From: Yuukianura sp. NJ FZ-2021
Lineage: Eukaryota
Assembly: GCA_046563655.1 (NCBI GenBank)
Contig: CM102285.1
Span: forward strand, 12,524,001-12,588,000
Length of the DNA stretch: 64,000 nucleotides
Direction: 5' to 3'
Shown here: positions 1 to 12,876 of the stretch, in pieces
Layout of the letters: each line of letters opens with the position of its first letter
Numbering within the stretch: position 1 is the first letter of the stretch
Notes under the pieces: generated by a model
The model's database searches: none
Seen by the model: the letters and a program-made list of their open reading frames with translations, nothing else
What the model was told of the DNA's origin: nothing
Position numbers and translations under genes: made by a program

Positions 1-3000
1 TAACCTCCTTCTCTCTTTTTAGTTTTAAGTTTAGGTTTAAGTGCGTTTCGTCTTAATGAACTGATGAGATCTACACCTTTTCCTGGGCTGACTCATCACA
101 TCTTCTTCACTTCTGATCCCTCCCTCCAGTTAAGATTAACAAGACAGGAAGAAGATTCTATCTTTTTTGTTCTTTTCTGATGGAATCCCCTGAGATCGAC
201 CTGCCAAAATGCCAAGGGGGATCGGAAAGGGCTGTCGTGTTTAAGTGTTTTTGATTTTAATTAAAAATTGCAACTTCTCTGTTAATGGCAAGTTTCTGGC
301 CTGTCTAGAGGATTTTTCCGGGGTTTTAGCTGGGTTTTGGACTTCGCTGATTCGTTGGAAATCCAAAAGCTAGGAGGTTTTAAAATTATTAATTTTGGCA
401 TTGGAAGTCATAATGGAAACCACATTTTAAGTGCAGAAGGGGAAAACAATGGGCGAATGGCTTCTGTTTAATTGCAAATGGTGTGGAAATAAAGCTTATA
501 TTTTGCTATTAAGCGTTTAGCTTTAAGTACATGTACGTCCAGCACAGACGGTTCTGACAGAAAAACTGTAATAGAGGGGAGAAATTTTGGCTTTCGAGAG
601 GAAATTCGACGTTCACACATTCACAATTTTAAATCCAAAGGCTTTAAAAGAAAGTTTTTTTCTAAATTTTCTTGAACATAAGACGTAATTGTTTCTTTTT
701 CAAAGGTCGTGTATCGTGTTTGGAGAAATTTTTAGTCTGAACTCTGAAGGAAGTGAGTATTTTCGGAAGTTGCAACTTTCAAATTTTCAATTTTCATTTT
801 TGGTATTTCTCGTTTAGAAGTCTTATTTTAAAGAAATTCGGAAATTTTTTTTGTCTAATATCCTAATATATAATATATAGTAATAGTCTAATATATAACA
901 TGTTCAAACTTGGAATTTTTATTTTTGTTGGATTTTTGACGATAGACGAAAAATGTGTTCAGGTGATTTACTTTTTGAAAGTGAAAATATTTTTTGAAAG
1001 AGGCGTGACTCTTGAGTGATGTGAAAATATTGATTTTTGAAATTAAGTTTTAATTAAGTTTTGTGTGTAAGGCCTTTGAGAATTGACTTTTACCTTTCTT
1101 GGTTGTGTATTATTCGTGTTGGTGGAATGAATGTGCATTAGTAATTGTAGCTCCCAGCTCTTATTCCTTTCAAGTTCTATTCTAAAGATGGATCTAACTA
1201 ATTCTGTTTGCGTGTGAACGTGTGAAGGTTTGGTGAGGGATGATGACGTGTTTCATTAAGAGAAAGGAATGGACAGTTAATAATAGTTGGGAGTGAGACT
1301 GATTTGTTCTGAAATTATGGGGTAGAATTTCCTCAAAAGTGCAACGGTGTACTTATAGTCTTGGATTTTTTGAAGATTTAGTTTCTGAGAAAGATTTTGG
1401 AGTTTTTAAAATTGGTTTTTATGCACAGGACGATGTGCAAATTGGTTTTGTTTTAAAGTGAATGATGTGGGTGGAGGTTTAAAATTAAAAGGAATTATCT
1501 CGAGGAGAGTTGTGTATTTTTGAATTAAAGTGAAACTCCCATTTCCTGGAAGGGCACTTAAGCTCCCTTGATGTTGATGGACATGGAGGCAGACGGGAAA
1601 TTAGGTTGGTATACGTTGTAAGGAGGGCGGGGAATACAAATTGAAAGTGAAAGGTGTAATGGCGCCAATTAAACGAAACTGCAAAGGCTCGCAGGGAGTA
1701 ACTATAACCAGAAGCGAAGTGTACAGAAAGTGAAAGTGAAGTACAGAAAGTGAAAGTGAACGATGTTTTATCTGCGAATGGAAACTTTTGTTCTGGACTG
1801 TGTTCTGAAAAGTAGGAGAAAAAAATTGCTCTTTTTTCTTGAAAATGGAATGACTAAAAAATTGAGATTTTTTGGCAAAAATGGAACGAAAATCATAATC
1901 GAATTTGAGGAAGGCTCGGGATTTTTAATTCAGAGTTGGCAGAATTTTTTTTCGAGATACTAAGAGAAAGTGCAATTAAGAAAAGTTTAAAGTGAAAGTT
2001 CACTTTTTTGTTCTTTGTTCTTTTGGAAGAGTCATAAAAAAGTCAACCGTACTTTCACCACTTTCGCTCATAATTAAATGGAATGTCAATTTAAGGTTGT
2101 GAGGGATTTTGGAATTTTGAATTATGGAACAAAATGATGATAAATTTCTTCTTGATTAATGGCCTCTGTATGGATGGGAAATGAACTTTGAAACTTTGTT
2201 CTGCAGTAATTTCCAAAAAGGAAGTGATGTTGAAGTTTAAATTTGTAGAAAATTGGACCCAAGGGAAAAATTCTAACTTTCTAGCTTTGTCCTCGTTCAA
2301 CAAAATTTCTGATTTGAGCTGATGAAAATGGGCTAAGATTTAAATTTTAAAACTTAGTTTTTCCCACTGTTAGTTTAGTGTTATTCTATTTACCTTGAGT
2401 TTTTCCGAGGGAATTATTTTTTCAAAAATTCTTTTTCAGCATTTCTGTTTGCTTTCTCTTTCATTTTTTTTTGTAAGTTCGGAGGTCAGTGATGTTTGTG
2501 GACAAAAGAATTGTCCCAGATTTTTTAGTGTTTGGCTACTAATAAATCGATAGGTCACAAAGACGGTTGAGTCGGATGAAATATGGCGTGACTTTCACTT
2601 AAGATCTTTAGTCCCTATACTACTACTTTAGGTTTCCAAAGGAAATGGGATCTTGCCCTGGAGATCATGTTTAGCTTGGAAAGTTTGCTGACATGAACAT
2701 TAATTTCAATTCAGGCGCTGTCCTTTGAGAGAGAGCAAAAAGCAATTGTGTGTTTCCTCCATTTTTCTTACGAGTCAGTCCTCTTTCCTAGTTCTGAAAT
2801 GTCTAAATTTTGATTTAGAAAGTTATTGTAAAATGTTGGCTTTTCAAAAAAAGCAAGTAAAAAGAGGGATTTTCGGTTTTCCTAATAAAAAAAAAGTAAG
2901 ACGCAAGATTTTTTTGATTTAGGAAAACTGCTCGTTCTCATGTTCTGTCATTTCGTTAGTTTTGGTCGTCAGATGGTTCGTTTTAAGTGTCAAATAGAAG

Positions 3001-3845
3001 TTTGAATTGGACTTCTTTTTGTTGATGATGGATAACGGTCCTTGCATGTGCTTTCTACACGAAAACAGGGTTGCTAAATCTGCTCCAGGCAGGTTTTGCC
3101 TAGTTTTATGTCGTAGTTAGGTTAGGTTTTGGAAACTTTGTCGATAAGATCTGGCCTTACATCTGTTTCTGGAATTCTGGAAGCGGAATGTCTAAGCTAC
3201 GACGGAGAAAGCGGAAAGATGCCAAGGATGGTCATGTTTTGGTAGTTTGTCATTTTGCGCACATTTTGTGGACTTGTTCTTTTCTTTTGATTTGGATTGT
3301 GCCAACTGTCCCCCTGGAGCCACTTCTCCAGTCGGAGAACAATACGTCGTTCGTCAGGAAATGGCGAAGAAAGTTCGTTCTACTTCCCTTTCTTTTGTCT
3401 TCCTATCTTCGTCTGCCCTGCTTTCTATCCTAAGCTTTCCTCTCAGAGGAAACTATGGAGTCTTTTCACTACTTACTGATTTTCTGGGTCTCATTTCCCG
3501 CTTTTTTCAATCTTCGCAGAAAAAAATCAGCTTTTTTTTTGAAAGAAAAGAGAGGATGAAAACCGCGAAGGTTGATTTATACGTTTCATTTTCCGGATTT
3601 CTGAAAACTGCAATGATATTCAGTCCAAGACGGGCTTTAACATAAATCAGGAGCTTATGAGGTTTTTTTTAAACAACAAATAGAATATTTCGACTGCATT
3701 TTTCCAGTTTGAAACTTTTGTTGGTTGTGTCAGCAATTTTTGATTTTTGAATAGTTTTTGTGCCATGTGATTGTTAAAGCAAAAATTGTATCGTAAATTG
3801 TTCAACGAGCAAAGTTCCTCCACTGTGTGTAGCGGCAGCAAAATA

Positions 3846-4937
3846 GACACTTAGGAAAACTCTGCGTAAGTTTATGTTTATGTTTATGAATATAAAGTTA
3901 TTCAAACTCCTCCCCTTTTCACAAAAAGTTATTCATAAGCATAAACATGTGCCGATTTGTGTTTATAAAAGCAAAAGATAAACAGTGCACACGAATATGT
4001 TTAACTCTTCACTTCATCTTTCCTAAAGTTAAAATTACCACTAATTAATCAAAAATCAAAGTGATTAGTCATCAATGATGATTTTTCAGTGATCAGTGAG
4101 TATTTTTCAGTGACCACTGATTAATTTTCAGTGACCGCCAAAAACTTTTTAGTGACCCCTGATGATTTCTCAGTGATCAAAAACTTTTCAGTGACCACTG
4201 ACCATTTTTCAGTAACCACCAAAAAGTCTTCAGTGAACACTGATGATTTTTCAGTGACCATCAAAACTTTCCTGTGACGAGTAAAACCTATTCCGTGAAC
4301 ATTGATGATTTTTCAGTGACCACCAAAATGTTTTCAGTGAACACTGATGATTTTTCAGTGACCACCAAAAACGTTTTTGTGAACACTGTTGATTTTTCAG
4401 TGACCACCAAAAACTTTTCAGTGACGAGTAAAAACTTTTCAGTGACCACGAAAATGTTTTCAGTGACCACTGATGATTTTTCAGTGACCACTGATGATTT
4501 TTCAGTGATCACTGGTGAGTTTTTAGTGATCACTGGTGACTTTTCAGTGATGACTGGCGACTTTTCAGTGACCACGAAAATGTTTTCAGTGACGAGTAAA
4601 AACTTTTCAGTGACCACGAAAATGTTTTCAGTGACCACTGATGGTTTTTCAGTGACCACTGATGATTTTTCAGTGACCACTGATGATAATTTAAAAGTTT
4701 ACTTGATCACTGAACAATAATCGGTGATCACTGAAAATTTTTAGTTGGCCAATTTTTACAATTTCCTTAGTACACTACTCCGATCCGGTAGTCGAGACAC
4801 ACATGAATTCTTAAACATATACATAAGGAAGTGCTCTCCTAACTGAGGGGTCCAACTTATGCGTATGTTTATGTTTAAGTTTAAAAAAGATAAACATAAC
4901 CATAAACATAAACTTACGCAGAGTTTTCCTAAGTGTC
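3846..4937. mobile_element. Non-autonomous TIR element (MITE-like), TA-flanked, with an internal 21-bp minisatellite
   Basis: Left end GACACTTAGGAAAACTCTGCGTAAGTTTATGTTTATG (from 3846) is the reverse complement of the right end (to 4937), with ~45 bp near-perfect match. TA lies on both sides (3844-45, 4938-39). No transposase. Confidence 0.8.
4078..4690. repeat. 21-bp tandem repeat array (consensus ~TTTTCAGTGACCACTGATGAT, variant TTTTCAGTGACCACCAAAAAC)
   Basis: About 29 directly visible units. They produce the 7-aa periodic ORFs on both strands (FSVTTDD / VVTEKSS). Confidence 0.95.
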
Positions 4938-7900
4938 TAAACCGAAATGATGATGAAGAAAGTTCAAGTTTCATTTTGAAATGAAAATGGAGTGCAGCAA
5001 AATTAAATTTTGCTAATGAAATGAAACCCAAGCATTTTCCTTTTAACTTGTAACTTTTTTTGTGGTTTTTCAACTTGGGAGTTTGTGGAAAGAAGAAAAG
5101 GCTACTTCAAATTTCGGAAGTGGATGAAAAGTTTTTGTTCAGTTGAATACACAAGTAGGCACAGTGGAGAAGCCGCAAGAAGTGGAGCTCTGTTTTCGCG
5201 TGCCAATTCCTTGGCTTTTCAGCGAAAGTCTCAAGAGGACAGACGAAAACTGCGGAGAAAGTTAACTGGAATATGCCATTTTCATTTCTCATTTCTCGAA
5301 ATTTTGATTTTAAAATTTAAAGTTCGTTTTTGCGCATTTCTCCGGATGGGGGTTCTTGGCCTGGTACAATATTAAATTCTTGACAAAGAGAAAAGTCGAA
5401 TTTTCTCCGCGTTTTTTGAAATGTGAATTTTTGAAAGATTTGAGTCGCTCAGAGAGTTGTGCTGAGGGAGATTTTTGTAAATTTTGAATTGGCAATAAGA
5501 GTTAGTAGAGCACTAAAAAGTGAAATGACTTTATGATTTCCAACCCACAAGTTTTTAGAGGGAGTGAAGTTCTAAGTTCAAAATTAGTCCGCGGGTTCGT
5601 TTCTCGGGAGAGGCATAAATCTAAACTTTTCCTTTGCATGTTTCCGAAGGCAGGGAATTAGTCGGAACCCTCCTGCGTCGACGGAGTTAGAAGTGGAAGT
5701 AGATTTGCGAGACTTGATCAGTATTCTGGTCATAACTCCAGGCTGGCAAATTTTTCCTTTGCTGAAAGAACCAGTTCCACCGAAACGCGACGTGGAAAGT
5801 TTTGCAAACGAATTATACGACTCTTGATTTCGAGAGTTTTACATTTTAGCACTCTGGATACTAAAAATAGAACAAATCTAGAATCTTGGAATCAGAATTC
5901 AGAATCTTAAGAATCAAAATAACATGAATTCTTTGATTTATTGAAGAGAATTTTCAATTGTTTTTTTTAGAAACCGGTATTCGGTAGTTTTAGATCAAGT
6001 TTGTGTGAGATTCGGTGGTTTTGCTTCACTTTCTTTGACATTCCGTGGTTTTGGGCCACTTTGGGTTGAATCTTTGAGTGAGTTTGAGAAAAAAAGTTCT
6101 AAAAAAAATGATTTTTTGGCAAGTTAAAACGGTACCTTGAAGGTTTCAAATATTACTTTTTACTTTTTCAAAAAGTCTGAAAAGGAAGTTGGACCATATT
6201 TCTTTCACAAATACGTGTTTCGCTTTTACTGAGGTTTCTTTTTCTTTCTTATTTTTTGAGCCAAAAACTTTGCAAATGGCCAAGCCGCTCCTCCGTTTCT
6301 TTTCTTTACTTGAAAAGTTTTTATGAGATTCCGAATATTTTTGGGTTCTGAGTAAGAAGCATAGGAATTTGGGGCGCGAAGCATATGGGCTGCCTTTCTC
6401 CCGGGTCGAATAACGGCATAGAGAAAGTGCTTTCTTCTTTGCAGAAGCAGGAGACGGAGCAGAGTAGTTTTGACTCCAATGTGCCTTAGTTGAGGCTAAG
6501 TTTCAAACTTCAAAGGAAAGACGCAGGGATAAGTATGAATCCCTTCATAAACTCTTTTTCTTAACTCTCCCGTCTGCTCCATGTCTGGAGAAAGTCACTT
6601 TTCACTTTTGCGCCGAAGCGTTGGAGTCAAAGGTCAAAGAGGTCATGATCTCAAGCATAATTTTGGTTCCCTGTCTCTCCATTTGCACATTCTTAAGAGG
6701 CTAGCAATCAGAGAAACGTAGAGATTTGGCATAACTTTCTCCTGTGGAGAGAGTGTCCTAGGCATGTATTGAATGCTAATGAAACTTTAAAATTGGATTT
6801 TTAAAGAGAGAAAGCTTCTATGCGTTAGCTTGAAAAGGAAATTTTAGAGGGAATAAAACAATTTCCCATGTGGATTTTCTTCATTCCGGAGATGCAATGT
6901 AAGTTGCATGGAGAAAGGGAGTCGTAAAAAGGTTTCGGATTCAGTTTAAATTCCCAACGCACTTTTACTGTGCTAGAGGAAGCAGATGAGAAGAAATGTG
7001 CGTTGAATATTATAACTATTTTTCATCTGATGAAGCCTTCTGTTTCCTCGGCACTTTGTCTGGAATCCAACTTTTCTTTTTAGTGAAGAACTGATGGCGG
7101 AGGGTCTCGTAGATGGATATGTGTTAAAATTGAGCTCAAATGCTGAAGTGAATACGTAAAATGAAACGAAATGGTTTTCGGTGACGACGTGTGGGTCCCA
7201 GGTGAAATGAAAGTACGGAGCTTTGACTACTGCTCAGCTCGTCTGGCGAGTGTCACATTCCGACGGAGAAAGTTGCGTTCCATTTCAAATTCTCAGTGAA
7301 CTCTCAGTTCGCTGAACTGCCTTTGCGTAGCTCACCTTTCATCAGTGACGTTCATCATTCATGGACTGAAGTAGAACGTAAGTTATGGTGAGCGATTTTG
7401 AGAAAAATTCAAAAAATTTCTTTCTCCTGTGCTTTCTCCCTGAATTTTTCAATTTTCTTATTGTTTCCGATGAGAAATCCGGGGGGAGCATGACGACGCG
7501 GACAATTTCCGGGAGCGTATGCGACAAAGTGCATTGCATAAGATTATCGTAATGGGATAGGTTATGTTTAGGTTGGGCGGAATCAATAACATTGAGGATT
7601 ATGATTTCGGTTATGAGTTTCCTGGAGTTGTGCCGGATCTGGGAATCACTTTGTGTTTAAGTTCGATGGGAAAGAGACCGAATGCACTGGTTTGGTTATG
7701 ATAATGTTAGTAGAAAGTGCATTGGAAATGACTGTGGTTTTTAGGATGAGGGTTAGGTTTAGGTTGCAGGGCTCTGGGTGTGTGTGGAAGATTGTAATGC
7801 CTGATTTCCTAACGACTCTGCTCAATAAATCTCTGTCCTCTCCACACAATGCGTACGAGGAAGAAGAATAGATGGTTTTGTCCGTTCAAAATCAGCGTCA

Positions 7901-10900
7901 CTTCCCTAAGTGCATCCCATCCTCCCAAGTCTAACCTCCCTGTTTTCCCAAAAGTCAAAGCCTGTTTTGGTTTGGGCTTCGGAGAGAACAGAGCTCTTTT
8001 CCCTGGGCTCAAGTTCTGCTGGCAATCTACACAATCCTATTTTCTAGGGAAAAAAAGATATTGGAGCTTCTCTGAATTCAGATCGAAGGAAAATCAATTA
8101 CATTAGTAAACTGCCTCTCCAGACTCCTTTTTGGGTGCATTAGTGGCCAGTGCAATTTGGGATTTTGAAGGGCCTTACCCTAATTCAATTTGGACAAACA
8201 AACTGACGAGGAAACGATATTTTAACATGCGGATTCAGCTGAATTTGAAGTGAAAGTTCAAAAAGTTTTACTTTTTAGTGCTCTCGGAGTTTCATTGGAT
8301 TTCATTTTGGTAAGAAAAAGTTGCTTTGATGTCAAAAACGAAAATATTTGGCTAGGGATTTCTGCTGGACATTGCAAAATCAAAGGGAATTTTTTATGAT
8401 TTGCGAAAAGAAAACAAAGAATTTTTGGCTGATATTTGCTTTCTCTTTGAAGTTTTTCAGCAGGGAGATTTTGTGAGATTTCTGATTTTACTGGAGAAAG
8501 CACTGTTTAGTTTGCTTTTTCTTTGTTTTTTTTTCTTCACAAAAATTTTATTTCAGTTTTTATTCACCAGAGAATTTTGGAATGAGAAGAGGAAGCGTTT
8601 GGGTTTTAGGTCTGCGGCCTTATTGCGGAAAGCCATAAGCCAGAAGCTTCCAAAAACCCAGTGAAGAATGAAGAATTATTTGAGTTAAAAGTCAAGCTAG
8701 AAGCTAGAAGTTAGGTTAGCTGCTTCTGGAAGCTATGAGAGTGTAAATTAAATGTAAATGAAGGATACACCAGGGACAGACAGAGGTAATGAACCTCTTT
8801 GGATCTTATTCCCTGTTGTTTTTTGGCAGCTGGAAATGGTGAAAGTTGAGACTTTTGGAAGTGGTATTGCTTATAAAACGTAAGGAGTTGAAACGAAGTC
8901 GGTCGAATTAGCTCCCAAACCCAACTTTTCCACGGCGGAAGAGACCTACTTAGGAGAGCTGTGCTTTCTTAGGATCCTAATGGGATTCTTCATACTTCCT
9001 TTGTGTCTCCTTTTTCCTTGGATAATGAACACTCCGCTGAGCCAGAGGAGATGAATAATGAAAGTAAAAAAAAAACTAAAGAAAAACTAAAGTGATTCTG
9101 GGAGCTTTCTTTTTGTTTGAGGTCCATTTCCCATTCAGTTCACAATGTCTAGTGAACTAAACTAGGAACGGTGTGAGGAATTGTTAAAATGCGGAGTGTT
9201 AAGTACAGGGTGGAACCTATTGTTAAAAGTAGAGGGAAGAGAACATGTCTCGTGCATTAGATTATGTCCTGAGATCCATTATCTTTGTTCCTCTCTTATT
9301 GTGTGGGATATTCGGCCTAATAAATTATAATACTCATGTCATTTCCCTACGTCCTGTGGCCCATATTTCACTTAGCTCCTTGTGTCCCTGGGTGCGGAGG
9401 AGGATTAAGGAGTCTAATTTACTTTTATGAATAGAGAAAGTACAGACAGGGAACCAAAAGGCCGCAAAAGTGAGAATACAAAGGACTACTACCAAAGTGA
9501 AAGACATCTCGGGAGGAGGCGAAAGCTCTCTTTGTTTGCTAAAATTCAAGGCTAACACACCCATGGGAACTATCTCGGCTGGTGCTTTCTTCGGAACTTT
9601 CTTTGTTCGCTTTTTTTGGGTAAATTTACTCTACCCTCGCTATGATTCTGCTTTTTTAACCAACAAAGTGAGAGAAAGTTAAATTTCAAAATTTCTGGCC
9701 AAAATTTAGTTCCTATCATTCCTGTGTAGAGATTGTTTTTGAAATGTGGTTTGTACATAGAATTTCTAGTAGAGGAGTTGTTTTTAGTTTCACATGAGAA
9801 GAAATTGTACGAGGAGTTTGAGATGTTTTTTTTAAGAATTTGAATTCTCGAAATTGTAAAAATTTTCGCAGGATTTTGAATTCACATTAGGGGAAAACGC
9901 GGAAAAATAAAATTGAGGGAGCTGGACATGCTCTTTGGAGTGTAGTTTTGTTTGCGACGTGCAATGCGTATCTCTAGTATCTCATTGGTCTCGATGTGGT
10001 AGGATATGGATAATGTTTATTCAATGCTACAACTACGGTCTGGGAGCAGTATAAAAAGGAAATGAAGCGAAGCCAAGTTTTTGACACATTTTGAAAAGAG
10101 GTTCTTGTCATAATACCCGGAAAAAAATGGTCGTATACTCTTTTTTCTCTTTTTCCAGAAGGAAATATGGATAAAGTGTCAAACCAAATTCCATGTTTTC
10201 GGGGAATGTATTTTGGCTGGAGAAAGTTGTGGAAGTCACTCTTTTTTGGAAGCGTGTTATGGTAGAGATTTCGATGGTCCATTTTTTTGAAAAAAAAAAA
10301 AAAAACTGGGAATGCGGAAATGTGTCATATGGGCCGAACCAATCTCTGTGGGTTTTCCTGTGTATTTTTGAAACTTCCAAGTGAGTTGTTTGTATTCTTG
10401 AAAGGAATTTCAGAATTTCTTCCGGGAAAAAACTTTCGTTTGCTACGGAGAAAGTTGTATTGCTGGAGAGAAAGTTGCCGAAGCTGATGGAATTTCCCGT
10501 TCCGTGCCACACCCATCATTTAACACTATTTCAAACACAAGTGACTTTCATTTCAAATTTGAAGCATCATCATACGTAAGGGAGAAAACAGCGAGATTTG
10601 CATATCCAATGCCAAAGACTTTTTGAAGATAGTGTTTTAGGATTTTACTAAAAAAAATTGTGTTCAATTTTTAGAATTTTGTTGAAATGTAAGACAAAAG
10701 AGAAAGTTTCCGTTAGAGAATTTTCGCTTAACTTTGCGTAACTTTTCCTCTCGCCTTTTTTTTTTTTTGCACTGACTGAGCCAATTTTTGCTGGGCGTTC
10801 ACTTGTGCTACTTTCGTCCCGCAATGGTAGTAGTGCCCAAGGGATTTGTCGAATTACGTTGTTATCAGATTCCTGGAATTGGACAGCATTGCTGACACAT

Positions 10901-12876
10901 TTTGGTCGATCTGCGTGGCACTGCGTAAATTGAGGAGAAAAGTTGTTTGGGACGGCGACACAAAAAATTAAACGTTGAAAGCTTTTTTTTTAGAACGAGA
11001 TGAGCTTGTTTTGAAACAGAAGTTTTTTTTTCCAAAGAGAAAGTTTTAAGTCAAGAGTGTTTTTGCTCTTTCCACTCTACTTACAGAGACAAGTCTGATG
11101 TAAATTGAAGATTATGCTTTCTCTTTTTAACTTGTTTGCGTTTCTAACTGTATTTGGAAGAGTTGTTCTTCCGCGTGCAAAAACAAACTCTGCCCGCAAG
11201 ATACGCAGGGTTCAGCACTGGAATTGAGTGACTTTATGGGAAAAGTTGAGTGTGCTGAAAGCTGGAACTGAGCTAAGGAAAGTTACTGTTATTATTTTCC
11301 TAAAAATTCTTCCACTTTCATTACTCTGTTTTCACTTTTATACCTCTCGACACTATTCTAGCATATGAATTAATTTCATTAGTTTGAAAATATCTGACCT
11401 TCTTTTTAAAAAACTGCTTTTCAGAATTTATTTTATCCACATTACTTTGCTTTTAAACTGACATCCTAAAGAGAATTTTGAAACTTTGAATGTTTGAAAT
11501 TTTGAAAAACTTTCAAAAATTTTGAAATGAGCAGCTGGAGTCTTTGTATTCTGTACCGGAAACCAACCGGTTTCCGATGCCTTCTTCCGACTATTGCGGT
11601 TTCTGCGGATGAGGTTTTGTTCCTAATTCGACAAAGTTCTGTCTTTCCTGAAGATTTTTCGAAAAGAGGAAATTTTATTTCTTGGCAACATTTTTAGCAG
11701 AACTGGGATTATGGATTTTTTGAAAATCCAATTTCCAGTGTTGCTAAGTTGGAATTGTTGGAGAAAACTATTGAAAATGGCATTTTCTATTTCCATCTCG
11801 TTCTCATTGAAAGTTATAACAAAAGAAGATTAGTGAATAGGATTAGTTTGATGGAACTCTCAGCAGAATATGAAGGGAGAAATTTCGATTGAGGAAGAAA
11901 TCACTATAGAGAAAGCAGGAGAAAGTTTAGTTTTGAATTTAATGGAACATGCTCCTCCAACTGCCAACAGATGCTTTGGCTCCTTCCAAATGGACTTGGA
12001 AGCTTCCCAGGAAGAGGCATTAATGAGTCCATTTTTGGTAAGGAAAAACCATCAATTAAGTTCTGGGTGTCCACTTTTATTTGGCTCTTGTAGTTAAGTT
12101 TTAGTAAATTTTGGAGATTTCAACTAGCTTTTGTATTGTAAAAACAGGAATTTAAACTTCATTTTCATTGAAATTGGATTTAAAATAGTTTCTGTGTTCT
12201 ACTTCAATGTTCATGAGAATTAGTAGATGCAAAGGCACGCGAAGCCTTAACGCTCACTGGCTTTCACCAATAACCGTTTCCTGTTTTCAATTGGTGAAAG
12301 TGCATTTGGGTTTACGCGGGAAAAGTTTCAAACCGTATAATTTGAAAACATGGAATGAGTGCTACGAGAGAATGATTTTAGTTTTTCAAGTAGAGACAAC
12401 AGGAAATGAAATGAAAAAGTGCCGTTGTTTTGGAACTTTAGCACTTTGTGTGCTTATGGAGGATTTTCCAATGAAATGGAACGTTAAGTTCACACGCCTT
12501 TAACAACCGGATGGATGTTGTGTTGGCTGAGGATAATGAGGTTAGGAAATGGACTTAAAATCACAAATCATAGTTGGAACTACACATATTTTCGAATTTT
12601 CTACTTTTTTGGAAATCTGTTTTTCATGGTTTGAATGTTCTTTTTTTTTTGTTTTTCATAATTTTATAGAAAGTGGTGGTACCGGAAGAGAAAGTAGTCA
12701 TTGGATTTTGAAATTTGTTCCGTTTGGGAGTTCAAATTGTGGGTTTTTTGAGTTTATCTGATTTTATTATGGTCTAGAAAAACATGTTTGCTGGATTTTG
12801 GAATTGCCAAATGTAATTTTCTTATGGACTCCCACCACACCTTTCCTTTTTTTTTTTTACTTAACTTAAGGTATTA

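Noticed and set aside
4078..4690. CRISPR-like appearance of the tandem arrays (also 28918-29282)
   Set aside because: No unique spacers, no cas genes, and a eukaryotic context.
4274..4720. 148-aa and 130-aa repetitive ORFs on both strands
   Set aside because: By-product of a stop-poor 21-bp minisatellite inside a MITE.
11780..11860. Short similarity to ~30430-30500 (AAAGAAGATTAG...GGATTA...TTGATGGAA)
   Set aside because: Too short and AT-rich to interpret without a genome-wide search.
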